From the NCBI GenBank assembly GCA_032718475.1, contig JAUCBJ010005374.1, forward strand, positions 34,147 to 98,146: a DNA stretch of 64,000 nucleotides. The letters are read 5' to 3'. Under the pieces are notes generated by a model. That model was not told the origin of the DNA and made no database searches. It worked only from the letters and a program-made list of their open reading frames with translations. Below are positions 63,605 to 64,000 of the stretch, one piece after another (the first letter of the stretch is position 1; every line of letters starts with the position of its first letter). The position numbers and the translations under genes are program-made. The DNA is from Nemertoderma westbladi. Lineage: Eukaryota > Animalia > Xenacoelomorpha.

Positions 63605-64000
63605 CTAGGATTGGCATGCTGCATTGCAGCTGCATTTTTAAGAATGCTGTGCAGGCTTATCGACAAAATTGCACCGCCACAACTCCCTATCACCCATGAC
63701 ATTTGCTAGATCATCTGCATCTTCAAGGCCAGTGTCCTTTAAGATGCGTCTCAAGAAAGTCATGGGCTGTCCACCATGCTTATTCACTCCATGAGGCTGC
63801 CAAAGTACAAGATTATGCACTGGCTGGTCCTCACGGCGAAAGCAATGTCCTGCAAAGCGGATGCGATTTTGTTCTAGTGTCAAGCTTGGGGGAACCAATG
63901 AGACACCTCCAATGTTATATAGTGTCTGGTTGGAGATGTGTGCATTGTACTTGACACAATGAACCCGGCGTAGCATTCTTGTGAATGTGCAATCCAGAGA
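63605..64000 (-). mobile_element. RTE R1 3' end; runs off the window
   Basis: ORF 63638-63976 is the R1 C-terminus (RFAGHCFRRED..MGDRELWR). 3' UTR GCATGCCAATCCTAG. Confidence 0.92.

Overview
Animal (probably marine invertebrate) genomic DNA that is almost entirely nested transposable elements. Only one host gene is recognisable: an intronless galactose-3-O-sulfotransferase-family ORF (6998-8239,+). The centrepiece is a 16-kb BEL/Pao LTR retrotransposon (family A, 24441-40487,-). It has ~98.6% identical 1.24-kb LTRs, TSD GTAAC, a disrupted ~2,760-codon gag-pol, and an extra non-env ORF in the env position. It is inserted into an older BEL element (B). The window also holds three more BEL remnants (C, D, E), three further family-A-type solo or partial LTRs, about ten RTE LINE pieces, two L2/Crack-group LINE pieces, a Penelope-like element with a minimal hammerhead-type motif, piggyBac-type and hAT MITEs, a probable Helentron, and several tandem repeats. 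The best leads are two. (1) Neither BEL element with a readable 5' LTR boundary has a tRNA-type TGG primer-binding site. Each instead has a 9-mer just after the LTR that is complementary to a sequence inside its own LTR. In family C that sequence is displayed in a hairpin loop near the predicted transcription start, which suggests Tf1-like self-priming in BEL/Pao. (2) The ~520-codon accessory ORF in element A is unexplained. All alignments and counts were done by eye.
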